The translations under genes were made by a program, and so were the position numbers. Shown piece by piece: positions 26,688 through 40,130 of a stretch of DNA of 64,000 bases (positions are counted from its first letter, which is position 1; each line of letters begins with the position of its first letter). The notes under the pieces were generated by a model. That model was not told the DNA's origin. It searched no databases and saw only the letters and a program-made list of their open reading frames with translations. The DNA is taken from contig NC_043016.1 of assembly GCF_006345805.1 (NCBI RefSeq), positions 310,001-374,000 on the forward strand, given 5' to 3'. The stretch is from Octopus sinensis (Eukaryota).

Positions 26688-29600
26688 CCTTTCTACAATA
26701 AGAACATGGCTTGGAATTTTGGTGTAAGAAAAAATTAGGCTGTTACATTGATTATAGTATTTGGTTGGTACTTATTTTATTGATCCTGAAAGGATGATAG
26801 GTGACCTTGGCAGAGAACTCGGAACATTAATATGGATGGAATACCACTAAACATTTTGTCCTATGTGCTAATGATTCTGTCAGCTTCCTTCCTTAAACAG
26901 TAATAATAACAATAATGGAAAAACCCCAGTTAATCTTTATTATCATTTTTCTGTCTATAGGTCAGTCAATCATAGCTGTTTAGTTTGACAATAGCTTCTA
27001 ACACACCTAGTGCTCATTTCCATAATTATTAAAATGCCATACAAATGAGTATAATTAGAGCGCTTTAGATTTTGAAGAAATAAACTGAAAACTTCCTTTC
27101 CTCCTTTCACTTCTGTCTGTAGCAGATATTGATTGTTTCTGGAAGATTTTTTTTTGTCTTTTTTTCTTGTGACTTTTGTTTAGATTTTGAAAACGACGAA
27201 AATATTTAAATAAATTACAAATAAAAAAATACCCCCACAACATCTTCTCCTTCTAGCTATCTCCACTTGCAACACATTCCTGTTTCCCCTCCATCTTCCG
27301 CTCTCACAATCTGTTGAACTTAACCACCCACTTTCCCTAACCAATCCTTAGTTGCATATATACACCTCCCTCTAATTTGGGTGTGTGCCACATCACATCT
27401 TCACCATTATATCTCTCCCCTTATCTCTCTCACTCTCTCTCTCTCTCTTTTTCTTTCCCTCCCTCTCTTCACTCTCACTCTTTTTCTCTCTCATACTGAG
27501 GTAGTCATGTATCTATTCTACTGCTAGACACTTATTTCTGTCCCTCTATACATACCCTAACTTCTCTTCAGCTGGTACAAAAGCCATCTCCCTCAATACT
27601 ACTCCCCAACTCATTTGAAGGGTCTTGTCTTCCAAGTTACTTGGTGACCTCACTGGTGCTGGTGCTTCATAAAAAGTACCCAGTCCACTCTGTAAAGTGG
27701 TTGGTGTTAGGAAGAGCATCCAGTTGTAGAAATATGCCAAAAGTGCTTTCCTAAATGAACTTGCACTTCATCTTAATGACTCCAAAGAAGCTATAAGGTT
27801 GCACAAGTACTCAACTCTAAGTATACTTCATCTTGTTGCAGAAACGGCTGTAAGTTAACAAATTTATTTGCATTATTCCCTGTTCTGGTAGGGTTTGGTC
27901 AAGTATGGGGGCATGTGTCACTGCAGCACATTGTTTTTAACCTAGCTAGATCTGGCTTCTCATACCTACCATTACAATGTTATGCTAGAAATAGATAATT
28001 ATATCAATGAAATCTTGAAGCAATGAGATAGTGCATGGTTGATAAGTAAAAACAATGTAGGTGAAATTGAGTGAAATTGCTCAAGTGGGTGAAATTAAGT
28101 GGTTATTGTCCCGCTTAATCTCTTACTTTTGGGTTCACCAAAATGTCTGTTTGGTTTTTGTCAACACTTGGCGTTAGGAAGGGCATCCAGCTGTAGAAAC
28201 TCTGCCAAGTCAAGATTGTAACCTGGTGCAGCCATCTGGTTTGCCAACCCTCAGGCAAAATCGTCCAACTCATGCTAGCATGAAAAGCGGATGTTAAACG
28301 ATGACAATGATGATAATGATGATGATGATAAACTTCAACCACTCCAATAAGTAGCTAACTTCAGCTTGTCCCTTGCACGTATGATCTGGTTAGATACTTG
28401 ATGCTTCAGTCTGAATACTAAAGGGCTGAGAATTGTGAATGTCAGTTATAAGTTAGTTAAATTGCATGAATTTTTATCTGGTTTCCTTTCCGGGTTGTTG
28501 TTTAGATTAATCATACTGATAAACCCTGATCAAAGAGATATCTGATCAAAGCTATTCACACCATGACTAATCTGTCTTTCACATATGTAATCCTACATTG
28601 TAGGTATACATATATGGCAAATTTAACTTCTTGAAAAAAAAAAAATGATGAAAATCCTTAGCTGATTTTCAAATGTTATCGGCTTCTCATCAGAAGTGTT
28701 TACATCACTTGATCAACCAATCCCAGAGATATAAGCAACTGATCTGTTTATATACTCAACAAATCCGGTAACTCCACAGAAATGGGGCTAATAGTTTGAA
28801 TAATATAAGTATTTAATGCTTATTTAATATCGGAATATCGGGGGCGTCTCAATAGGGAATATAAGGTCACAAATTATTATGGTATGATGAATGTAACTTC
28901 TATGTAACCTACTATATAAACGGAACAAATTTTCACTATTTCTCAAAGAATGAAAGAAATGATAATACATATTTCATACACTACTACATTGTGTAATGTC
29001 TCTGCTTTATTTAAGGATGTTATATGAGAGAGGTGATTAATGCTTTCTAGCAAGTTGACTGTAAGCTAATCTGTTGGCATTCCTGTTGTTAGTGGCTGCG
29101 ATTCCATGCTGTTCTGTGATATAATACATGTGGATCCAATTTTAAAAATAGTCGGTATTTTGTTAAAGAAGATTTGGTATCTATTTTTAGCAAATTGATT
29201 TAGCTGCTATTGATCTGTTGGTGAACAATAAAATAAGAATTAAGAATTAATGTAGTTTAAATGTGAACAGAGTAGAAGATTATCCAGGTAAAATGCAGAC
29301 AGTATGACTGCATTATATAGAGAGAGAGAGAAGGAGAAAAAGAAAATTAATTGATTTACAATTTTAATAGCTGTTCATTTGTCTTTTGTTATTCTTAATA
29401 CAACAACAGGGTCATGTCACTGGAGAAGATACATAACTCTTGTTTTAATTAAACAACAAAGGGTTAAATTTGTCTGCAAGCTCAACACTTCTCTTCTGTT
29501 GGAGATTGTGTTGAAATCGGTGGAAGGATTTGCTTAGTTTTCAACATGATTTTACAACGTGTATTCCAGACATTTTGAGACTTCTTTAGGGGAGGTAGTT

Positions 29601-30042
29601 ACAACTGTCCTAGATTATTGTTATTATCACGTGATTACATGACCGACCAGGCTATCAGATGTTGCTACACATCGCTGGTCACAATGCACTCTGCATTGTT
29701 TTAGCCTTCAAATGACGCCACCCCGCTGGCTATGCGAGCAGGCCAACAGAAGAAAGAGTGAGGGAAAGTTGTGGCGAAAGAGTACAGCAGGGATCACCAC
29801 CACCCCCTGCCGGAGCCTCATGGATCCTACGACCGCAAGTCCGCTGCCCTAACCACTGGGCCATTGTGACTCCACTATTGTTATTATTATTATTATAGTA
29901 TGTCATTACTGTACATCTAAATAAGCTGACCTGCCTCCTGTCGTTGTTCCAGATTGAAAGAGAGAGTTGTAACAGTACTTCGAACACATGCACTGTTAAA
30001 CATTGATTGCCACAGCAGGATGTTTGGAAGCTTGCTGTACTC

Positions 30043-30262
30043 TTTTACTCTTTTTACTTGTTTCAGTCATTTTGACTGTGGCCATGCTGGAGCACCACCT
30101 TTAGCCGAGCAAATCGATCCCCAGGACTTATTCTTTGGAAGCCTAGTACTTATTCTATTGGTCTCTTTTGCCGAACTGCTAAGTTACAGGGATGTAAACA
30201 CACCAGCATTGGTTGTCAAGCGATGTTGGTGGGGACAGACACAGACACACAAACACACACAT

Positions 30263-30299
<37 letters not shown>

Positions 30300-30462
30300 C
30301 ACGACGGTCTTTCAGTTTCCGTCTACCAAATCCACACAGAAGGCTTTGGTTGGCCCAAGGCTATAGTAGAAGACACTTGCCCAAGGTGCCATGCAGTGGG
30401 ACTGAACCCAGAACCATGTGGTTGGTAAGCAAGCTACTTACCACACAGCCACCCTTGTGCCT
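30043..30462 (-). mobile_element. SINE family B
   Basis: Full-length reverse copy. Confidence 0.88.
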
Positions 30463-30465
30463 ATG

Positions 30466-31060
30466 TTTTTTGTTAAACTGGGCAAAAATATTAGGGAAGC
30501 TTATGAAATGCTCCAGTCTGCTTATAGATTAACTTGCATGAGTCAAGCATCTACTTTTCGCTGGTACAAGAGGTCCTCTGAAAAGCACGTGATGATTTCA
30601 TTTTTTGATAGTAAGGCTGTCATCTATATCCACATGGTTTTCTCTGGTCAGATGGTCAATAAGGGTTATTTTGTGGAAGTTTTGAGGGAGTTCAAGAAGA
30701 GATTTCATTGAAAAAGTCCAGAGCTCTTTCTCTTGAGTCAGTGGTACCTACACCAGACCACAGTTCCATCCTGATAACCAACTACTTGATAGAAATGGGC
30801 ATCAAAACTATCCCTCACACTCCCTACAATCTAGACCTTGCTCCCTGTGACCTTTGGTCGTTTCCCAAGTTAAAGAGAAGATAAAGGAGGCTGTAGCAAG
30901 GTTTTGGACACTGGACTTCCACAGGGTCTTGATGAAGTGGCTGGATCACTTTGACAAGTACACTGAAGTTAGGAGATCCTACTTTGAAGGAGATTGTACT
31001 TCTTTGAATGTAAGGAACGCTGCTTCTGTAAAAGTCTCAAAACTTCTGAAATGTACCTTG
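30466..31060 (+). mobile_element. Internally deleted mariner-like transposase remnant
   Basis: FVKLGKNIREAYEMLQSAY..FRWYKR joined to MISFFDSKAVIYIH..VNKGYFVEVLREF, then PY..DLAPCD.W.FPKLK; ends at a TIR-like sequence followed by TA. Confidence 0.8.
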
Positions 31061-31633
31061 TATAAGAGTCACTCACTTTATGATTGATTCAAATCTTTTA
31101 CACATGAGTAATATCCTGAAAGATAGCCATTAATCAGTTGTATGAATGAGCTGGTAGCTTTTCTGTGTTTTAACTAATTCATTTAACCATTTTGATGCTA
31201 ACCTGCCAGGTTCTTTGGTACAAGCTTCCTGCTTTAAAGCGATCTAAATTAAAAACCATCCATCAAAATTTCATGTTTGGAACATCAGCTTAATAACGAG
31301 GTTATTTTTCTAAATTTTTCATATTTTTTAAAATTGAAACAAAGATAGTGTATTTTAACAGAATTATGCTAACAAAAGTGTTAAAGAGTTCTAAATTAAA
31401 ACCATACTTCAAAATTTCGTGATAATTTATGTTTCAAACACTGACTTAATAACAACAGAATTATTTCACTAAATTCTTCATTATTTTACTAAATTAATTG
31501 AAACAAAAGCAGTGTATTTCTGAAATATGGTAATAAAGTGATCTGAATTGAAACCTTCCATCAAAATTCTATGCTAATTTGTTTTACTAAATTCTTTATT
31601 ATATTCATGATTAACTGAAATAAAAACAGTGTA

Positions 31634-32006
31634 TCTCTCTATATATAAACGGCAAAATGTCTGTGTGTGTGTGTGTCCTTTATACAAATCCACAATTTTT
31701 CAGTTAGAGGGCTCGCACTTTCTATAGTCATTCAAAGCCGTCCAAGGGTGGTCTTGCACATCATTACATTTCCATAGTCACCCCGCAAAGCCATTAAAAA
31801 AATCAATAGAAGTGACTGTTTTGTGAATTTTCTATCCAAAACCCAATCAAAATGCCCGAAATTTGATACGCCAATTGAATGCCAGCTAGCTGTGTGTGAT
31901 TGGTTGGAGATTTGGACAGTACTCACGTGTATGTGCGCACGCATGCACGCAGCTGTATATGCATGCACTAGTACTATGACTTGGTGTTGCCGGGTCATAG
32001 TGCTAG
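31634..32006 (+). mobile_element. Non-autonomous Helitron, copy 2
   Basis: Same TC/CTAG ends, A|T site and hairpin; highly similar to 7369-7738. Confidence 0.85.
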
Positions 32007-32197
32007 TTTTAAGATAAATATGGTAACGAAATGGTTAAGGACTTTATGTATTCAAGAGCTCGACTCTCTTTCCACTCTTGATCTAGCAGAGCACCAAGGA
32101 TGTGACGACTGACATAAGAGAAAGTTGGACTGGTTCTAAGAAAATGTACAGAAAATGAAGCGTTCCCTTATTGCTTGTCCTTTAGAAAAGAACAGGT

Positions 32198-32600
32198 GCA
32201 GGAGTGGCTGTGTGGTAAGGAGCTAGATTACCAACCACATGGTTCCGGATTCAGTCCCACTGTGTGGCACCTTGGGCAAGTGTCTTCTACTATAGCCTTG
32301 AGCCAACCAAAGCCTTGTGAGTGGATTTGGTTGACGGAAACTGAAAGAAGCCCGTCGTATATATGTATATATATATATATATGCGTGTGTGTGTTTGTGT
32401 GTCCCCCTAGCATTGCTTGACAACTGATGCTGGTGTGTTTATGTCCCCGTTACTTAGCGGTTCGGCAAAAGAGACCGATAGAATAAGTACTGGGCTTGCA
32501 AAAGAATAAGTCCTGGGGTCGAGTTGCTCGATTAAAGGCGGTGCTCCAGCATGGCCGCAGTCAAATGACTGAAACAAGTAAGAGTAAAAGAGTAAAAAAA
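32198..32600 (+). mobile_element. SINE family B
   Basis: Head gcaggagtggctgtgtggtaag..ggattcagtcccac; tail aagagtaaaagagt. Confidence 0.9.
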
Positions 32601-32833
32601 GAGAGAGTTCTCATTCAAGTCACATCCACTGTCTTAGAAGAAAGAAAAGAAAGAGGAAGGACATCCAGATATATTTTTCTAGAGTAGAGTCCACAGTGAT
32701 CCGTAGGTAGGAGAGGTGCATCCGGAGGGTAAATATCCGAAAGAGAATCCGTAAAGGGTTGATAGAAAGTCCAGTGGAGAGGTTCGTGTGTGATAAGAAA
32801 TGACAGGATCAACTGGTGCAACCATGTGAGCGT

Positions 32834-32867
<34 letters not shown>

Positions 32868-32870
<3 letters not shown>

Positions 32871-33050
32871 AGAGTTAATGAAAAAAAACAAGACGAAAGC
32901 AGGTGGTGTACAAAACAAACAGATGTATTAGTATAATGCTCAGGAATAAAAAAAAAGTCTTTTACGTTTCGAGCCTACGCTCTTCTACAGAAAGGGATAC
33001 AGAAAAAAACAAGGAGAGAGAAAAAATGTGTAGTGGCTAACAATCTATAC
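32868..33050 (-). mobile_element. Penelope-like terminal repeat carrying a hammerhead-like motif, copy 1
   Basis: Near-identical to 51790-51990 and adjacent to (TA)n. The motif is described in findings; the PLE assignment is inferred from it. Confidence 0.6.
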
Positions 33051-33121
33051 TGTCAATAAAGAATGGAAAATCAAAGTTGGTGTGTTTTTTATCATGTATT
33101 TTATTTGAAAGCATCATAATA

Positions 33122-33369
33122 ATTCTGTTGTGTCTGTGGAGAGTCATTTTCTTTTTGTGCCTTTTAATTTAGCACACTCACCAGTAAAATTTCCACTTTT
33201 TAAAAAATTTTTATTGTCCTAAAATTTTCGTTGCGTCTTGTAACCTTTTCAATAATTTTGACTTTGTCTGTTATTGCAAGACACAACGAAAATTTTAGGA
33301 CAATAAAAATAAAAAAAAAAAGTGGAAATTTTACAAAAAGAAAATGACTCTCCCCAGACACAACAGAAT
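33122..33369. repeat. Foldback/MITE-like long inverted repeat
   Basis: Arms of ~95 bp (attctgttgtgtctg..ggagagtcattttc..gtcctaaaattttcgttg) around a short spacer; the left arm has a ~25-bp insert. Confidence 0.85.
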
Positions 33370-33911
33370 ATGCTTCAACACATGAACTCACATAAAGAAT
33401 CTTGCAAAGCAAATCCAAAAACAAAATATCATAATAATTCTTTTTGTTATTGGCACAAGGCCTGTAATTTCTGGGGAGGTGGGTAGTTCATTACATCGAC
33501 TACAGTATTTGACTGGTATCTATTTTATCAATCCTAGCAAGATGGAATGCAAAGTCAGCTTTGATTGAATTTGAACTAAGAATGTAAAGGCAGATGAAAT
33601 GCTGTAAAACATTTTGTCCATCATGCTAATAATAATAAATTAAAGATAATAATGGTTTCAGATTCTGACACAAGGCCAGCAATTTTGTGGGAGGAACGAG
33701 TCAATTACATTGACTCCTGTGCTCAACTGACACTTATTTTATCGACCTCAAAAGGATGAAAGTCAAAGTTGACTTTGGTTGTGTTTGAACTTAGGATGTG
33801 AAGGAAGGTGAAATGCCATGAAATGTTTTGTCCAGTATACTAATGATTCTACCAGTTTGCCATTTAAAAAAGCTGAACAGTCTTTTGGGCCAACCCAACA
33901 GATTTTATTAA

Positions 33912-34126
33912 CCCTTCACAACATTCAGATTACTCTGTCAAATGTAATGCTTACTTATTCGCAATGTTTTGAATTAATCATGCATTATCTTGTAGGTTTT
34001 GACGATGTGACTGTTTATTTTTAGATTGACATTGTAGGGTGGGTATGAGAGGCTGGATCTGACCAATTTGAACACGAAATAGATAGAATATTTAGGCCAG
34101 ATATGATCAGTTTAAATGCTGAAGGG
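33912..34126. mobile_element. TTAA-flanked piggyBac-like MITE
   Basis: ttaa|cccttca ... tgaaggg|ttaa; same family as 59506-59721. Confidence 0.75.
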
Positions 34127-34629
34127 TTAAAGGCAAAAAGGGTCCCTGTAGGGTTGTTGGTTTTATATCACAAACAGACTCGTTAGGCTAAATGTACAAA
34201 TGTTAGTTCTACCGCCCAAATGTTGGTCATACTGATGATAACGATGATTATTGGTGGTGGTGAGGTTCTTATTAATGTTGATACTAATTTCTTCGTGACC
34301 TCGTTATTAAATTATCTTGTTCTCTCAGATGAAGTACTGCTATTTGATAAGATAAAGGCAACACTAACTTAAGTAGAATATGTCTTCATATATATATATA
34401 TATATATATACATACATATACGTATATAAACACTTATACATATTTAAACACATACACAAGTTTATGAACATAACATACACAAACACACAAACAGGTGCAG
34501 CAGAGGCTGTGTGATAAGGAGTTTGCTTTCCAATTACGTGGTTCTGGGTTCAGTTCCACTGCATGGCACCTTGGGCAAGTGTCTTCTACAGCAGCTTTGG
34601 GCCCACAAAAGCCTTGCGAATGAATTTGA

Positions 34630-34778
34630 TTGTTGAAGACACCCATGTAAAGAGGTGTACGCCCACCCTTGGATGGTTTTGAATGACCATAGAAAGTGCG
34701 AGCCCTCTAACTGAAAAATTGTGGATTTGTATAAAGGACACACACTCAGACAGACATTTTGGCGTTTATATATATAGA
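34630..34778 (-). mobile_element. Non-autonomous Helitron, 5' fragment
   Basis: Matches the first ~150 bp of the family and abuts a truncated family-B SINE. Confidence 0.7.
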
Positions 34779-35754
34779 AATATGTGTATTGTCGGATCAT
34801 CATCATTATTTAATGTCCTCCTTCCATGCTGGTATGGGTTGGATGGTTTGACAGGAGCTGGCCAGGAAGAAGACAGTGCCATGTTCTAGCCTCTGTTTTG
34901 GCATGTTTTGTCAAAATCCTTCATCTGAGAGGTGGGAGTTGAGGTGAGTAGTATTGTGCCTGGTGACATGGGGTTAGAATTTGAATAGAGGGACAGAAAT
35001 AGATGTTTTGCAGTGGATGAGAAGAGAGAGAGAGAGAAATTGATGAAGATGTGATGGAGGGTACATTGATGTTACATAGGAGTGTATATAAATGAAGTGG
35101 AGCCAAGAATTGGATAGGGTGAATGGGTGGCTAGTTTGCAAGATTGCAAAAGGTGTATGGGAGATGGAGGGGAGACATAGGCAGAGAAAGGTTTATTTGG
35201 TGGATTCTGCCCTTAAGCAAGAAACATATCACAGTTTACTTTTCATCTAAGTTTACCAGATAATAAATAACCTTTTAAGTATCAGATTAAAAAGATAGGT
35301 ATTTGAGGAGCTAAGTTACTGTGGCATGATTGTTCAGGCCATTAGTTTCTGACTATGGTGACATTACACCCTAGGGTGAAATGGTACCTCAGTTAAGGGT
35401 GTGATGAATTTTGAAATTTAAATAACGTAATTGACAAAAAATGTTAGTAAGCGTGTCATGTACCTGAAACATAGGGAGATAAGGTGAGAAGGTCACAAAA
35501 TGATTAGGTAAGACTGTTTTAGATTGTTGAAATTTTGCTTTGGCAAGCTGGCAGAATCATTTGTAAATCAGACAAAATACTTAAAGGCATTTCTTACAGT
35601 TTTATACTGCTGAGGTAGATTTTGCCTGTCATCCTTTCAGGGTTGATAAAATAAGTACCTATCGGGTACTGAGATCAATGCAATTGATCTACCCCCTCCC
35701 CCAAAATTGCTGACTTTTGCGCCAAAATTTGAAATCATATTATTTATTATTATT

Positions 35755-36175
35755 GAATGAGAGAGCAGCACATGCCATCATAGTGACACTGGGGTACAAA
35801 TAAACAAAACCCAATAAACCCATCATGACTACCTGTCTGATAAGGATTCACCAGGCACATGCATCACAATCAGATGTGTGTGACATGTTCATCTTATATT
35901 GAGACAAACAATGCGTAACCTTGCAGATGGGACACAGCTAGAATTTTCTTCAGGTTGAGTAGCCCATCTTATTCAAAAGGTCCCTGAATAAGTTTTGTTT
36001 TAGGGATGATGACAAAACACCCATATTTCCTGAGGTGAATTATTCAAACTCCAAAGCATTCCTCTCTTAACACATGGCTATGATGCTCCCCTACTACTCC
36101 TGCTTGTGATCAAAGATGCACATACTGTCAGCCACTAAGGGCTGGTTATGGTCTAACAACTGACAAGCAAATCTG
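35755..36175 (-). mobile_element. Same repeat, 5'-truncated copy 3
   Basis: Reverse complement of 699-1217; its 3' end abuts a short (ATT)n run. Confidence 0.7.
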
Positions 36176-37695
36176 ACCTCAATAGAATTTGAATGTGGAA
36201 TGTAAAGCTGGAAGAAATGGTGCTCAGCATTTTGTTCTGTATGCAAACAATTCTATCAACCTGCCTTATATAGGACCATATAATTATTGGTTGCTTGGTT
36301 ACAAAAGCACTTTTCTAGGACATCTCTGAACATTGATCACAAAACCTCATGATTGTAAAGAAAACAGGTTCATAATCACTCGGTGAAGCCTGCACCCGAG
36401 GGAGGATTTGGTTGCTATAACTAGCAGGTTGCACAAGCAATCATATTGAGTGTGAGATGTTGGCTGTGCCACAAAGTAAATAGATTAGGTTTATTGTGAT
36501 AACAGCTCTAGAAATGCTGATATTCTTGATTAAGAATCTTATCAGCTCACCTCTTCAGTTTTATTTAACCATTGGTTGAGCTAATTTTAAATATAAACAT
36601 ACACAAATATATACATACATATGTACACACACACACATACGAACACATACATATATACACATACATGTATAAAGTACATATAAATATATATGTATATGTA
36701 TATATTTAATATATACATACATACATATCTATCTATCTAATTTATATATATATATATATATATGTATATATTTAATATATATATAATATATATTTAATAC
36801 ACACCTGAAAGAGCTACTAATAGTTTCATGCTTTTATGATACTTTAAGTAGGCATATTTATAAAATACAACCATGTATCTCCAATCAATCTTCAGGCTCT
36901 GTTTATGCATTAGATATAAATTAAAAACTAGGATGCTGGACAGTGAGAAAATGAGAAAACATGAGAAGGAAAATGTGAAGAAGGTTGATGCAGATAATGG
37001 AACAAGAAGAAAGAAGTGGAAGCAAAAAAAAACCCACCAAGATCCCTGTTCTCTCCTGATTGTAGAAATCACAACTGACAAAATAAAAGAAACTATGTGA
37101 AAGTCTGTGAGACAGCGACTCAATCCTGAATGAAACTTGTCCATATGTTTGCACCTGCTAAAATTTCAGATCTGGAATTATTCATTGTGTTGGAATTCTT
37201 GGGTCTAAAGAGAATATGTGATGTTTCTGCTATGGATAAGTTGCATTTCTTACACCCTAAACCTCACATTAGCAGTAGATCAAAACACTGTACCAAGGCT
37301 CTACCTCATTTCCCTGGTTGGCTAGCATTCATGTGCATCTATTTTTGAAACAGCTGTAAGAAACCATCTGCACAACTTCTTACTTCCTTTCCCTTATGAC
37401 CTATGCACTTGTAACAACTCAACCATTATGTTTAAGTATATAAATGGCATGAGCTAACCTGATGCTGGTTGTTTTGGTGGTCATACTTTTATTTTGCGCA
37501 AGCACACACACACACACACACAGCACCCAGTACTCTCTGTAAAGAAGTTAGCATTAAGAAGAGAATCCAGCCATAGACACCTAGACACCATGCCAAAGAT
37601 GAAATTAGATCCTGATGCAGTTCTGCTGCATGTCAGTTCTCTGTCAAACTGTTTAACCTATGCTGAGGTTAAATGATGATGAAGATTACAGTGAC

Positions 37696-37729
<34 letters not shown>

Positions 37730-37735
37730 GTATAT

Positions 37736-38036
37736 ATCATGTGATCATGTGACCGACCAGGCTATCAGATGTTGTTACACATTGCTGGTCACAATGCGCT
37801 TCGCATTGTTTTAGCCTTCAAATGACGCCACCTCGCTGGCCAAGCGAGCAGGCCAACAGAAGAAAGAGTGAGAGATGGTTGTGGCGAAAGAGTACAGCAG
37901 GGATCGCCACCACACCCTGTCAGAGCCTCGTGGAGTTTTTAGGTGTTTTTGCTCAATAAACACTCACTCTTGGAATCGAAACCATGATCCTACGACCGTG
38001 AGTCCACTGCCCTAACCACCGAGCCATTGCGCCTCC
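37736..38036 (-). mobile_element. SINE family D
   Basis: Full-length reverse copy. Confidence 0.88.
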
Positions 38037-38329
38037 ATATATATATTTGTGTATATGTGGATGTATGCTTTACTAGTTTCTTTCATTATACTGTGGCCAT
38101 ACTGGGGAACCATCTTGAAGAATATTTGTCAAATGAATTGACCTCAGTACTTACTTATTTTTTATGAAGCTTGGTACTTATTTTATCAGTTTCTTCTGCT
38201 GAACTGCTAGGTTACAGGAACATTAACACACCAACACCGGTTGTCACTTTGTGGTGGGGACAAACATATACATAAAGACACACACACACACACACACACA
38301 TACATATATACAGTGATTACTCCATTTTC

Positions 38330-38560
38330 ACAGATAATTGCCATCTCCTTACATTTCCTCGTTGTCAATGGCATTTCTGACTTTCCATCCATGACTTCTC
38401 GGATGAGTATTCATCATGCTGTGGATGGGCATGTTTTGAAGCAGAGGTGACAGATGAAAGTTTTAACTAATCCGGGTGTTTCCAGATGACTGCTTCCATA
38501 GCCATAAGACATTCAGTTGATGGAACAACAAATAAGGTGATTGTCAAGAGACACCTGTAT
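38330..38560 (-). mobile_element. Degraded LINE 3' end with zinc-finger motif
   Basis: FICHLCFKTCPSTA..NTHPRSHG across a frameshift and stops. Confidence 0.5.
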
Positions 38561-39061
38561 ATCACTGGATTATAAGGGATAAATGCTTGTCACAAAATAC
38601 TAATCACAGGGACTCATACAGTAATATATATGTATATAAACTTACATGCATAGACTTATATACAACCTTCTTTTCACCAGCATGTCAACAAATGTCTCCC
38701 ACTAACACCACTATCAAGTATCAAGTGCTTACTATGGATTTTTGGGTAGTGTTGGTGGGTGGATAGGGAATATAAATGGGTGTCTCCCAGAACACTGACT
38801 TGTCTGCAAGATAAAGACAAGTGTACCACACCTGTCTGAGTGCTTGGAATGTAAAGAGTAAGAAGAAATAGCACAGCTCATCTTGTCTGCCGTGCTAAAG
38901 ATTTTGCCAAATTGGTGTTCATTCTACAAATTCAGTCTCACAGAACACAGACACTTCCTAAATTTACAGAAGATATCTCAGCCTGATGTATGTGTGTATG
39001 TGTGTTGTGTATAGATAGATAGCCATACATATATGTATATACACACACACACACAACATAT

Positions 39062-39116
<55 letters not shown>

Positions 39117-39914
39117 TAATAGATAGATAGATAGATAGTGCTTTTTACATGCCACCAGCATATAAAAAGCACCTACTACAATCTTGGAGTGATTGATATT
39201 AAGAATGGCATCCAGCTGTAGAAACTATGCAAATCAGACTGACACTTGATGCTTACCAATTCCAGTCAAACTGTCTAACCCATGCCAGCATGGAAAACGA
39301 ACGCTAAATGATGATGTTCATGATAGATTGGTAGATAGAGAGACAAGCAGGCACACACACACACACACACACATATATGTTTAAATCTGTTTTTTCTATC
39401 TTATTACTTGATTTGGTCATTAGACAATGGCCATGCTGGGCTGGACACTTTGACTGAGGGCTGGCAAGCCAGAAGATTGCACCAGGTTCCAATCTGATCT
39501 GGCAAAGTTTCTACAGCTGGATGGATGTCCTTCCTAATGATAAGCACTCCAAGAGTGTAGTGGGTGCTTTTTTCATGCCACCAGCACAACGGCCAGTCAG
39601 GCGGTACTGGGATCAACCATGCTTGAATAGTGCATTTTACATACCACCAGCATGGGCAACAACCACACTCATATATATATATATATATAATCATAATAAG
39701 CAACAACGATATTCAAGGTAGTGTAGTACAATTGTTTCATGCTACTTCATTTTATTAAACGCTGTAAGTATTACATCAGTTTTTAAATGTTGAGCAATCT
39801 TCAGCCACATATAGAATTTTTTAATTAAATGGACAATGTACATTTTTATACTTATTTCATTTGCCAACATTATACACACTCATACACACACATGCACACA
39901 CACATATATCTGTG

Positions 39915-40130
39915 TGTTTGGTGTAATTAAAGGTATGTTATGTTCAAGGTATAGGTCACAAAACAAGGCTGAAACTGTTCAAGACATTGGTCTGACCAGT
40001 TCCACTCTACAGATTGGAAAACTGGAAAGTGACAAAAATGGAAGGAAAAAAAAATAATGGACAGCTTCCAGTTCAGGTGCTTAAGGAGAATACTTGACAT
40101 CAAGTGGCTGCAAAAGATGTCAAATTCTGA
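39915..40130 (+). mobile_element. RTE-type LINE RT C-terminal fragment
   Basis: TRLKLFKTLV.PVPLYRLENWK...MDSFQFRCLRRILDIKWLQKMSN. Confidence 0.75.

Noticed and set aside
27743-27849. Protein-like frame AFLNELALHLNDSKEAIRLHKYSTLSILHLVAETA before GTAAGT
   Set aside because: No credible acceptor outside the adjacent repeat and no recognisable homology; does not fit ERR domain order. Could be rechecked with RNA-seq.
29954-30532. 192-aa ORF
   Set aside because: Mostly read-through of an antisense family-B SINE and a (CA)n repeat.
36873-37154. Overlapping ORFs, Lys-rich on the plus strand
   Set aside because: Low-complexity purine-rich sequence without recognisable motifs or a convincing splice pair.
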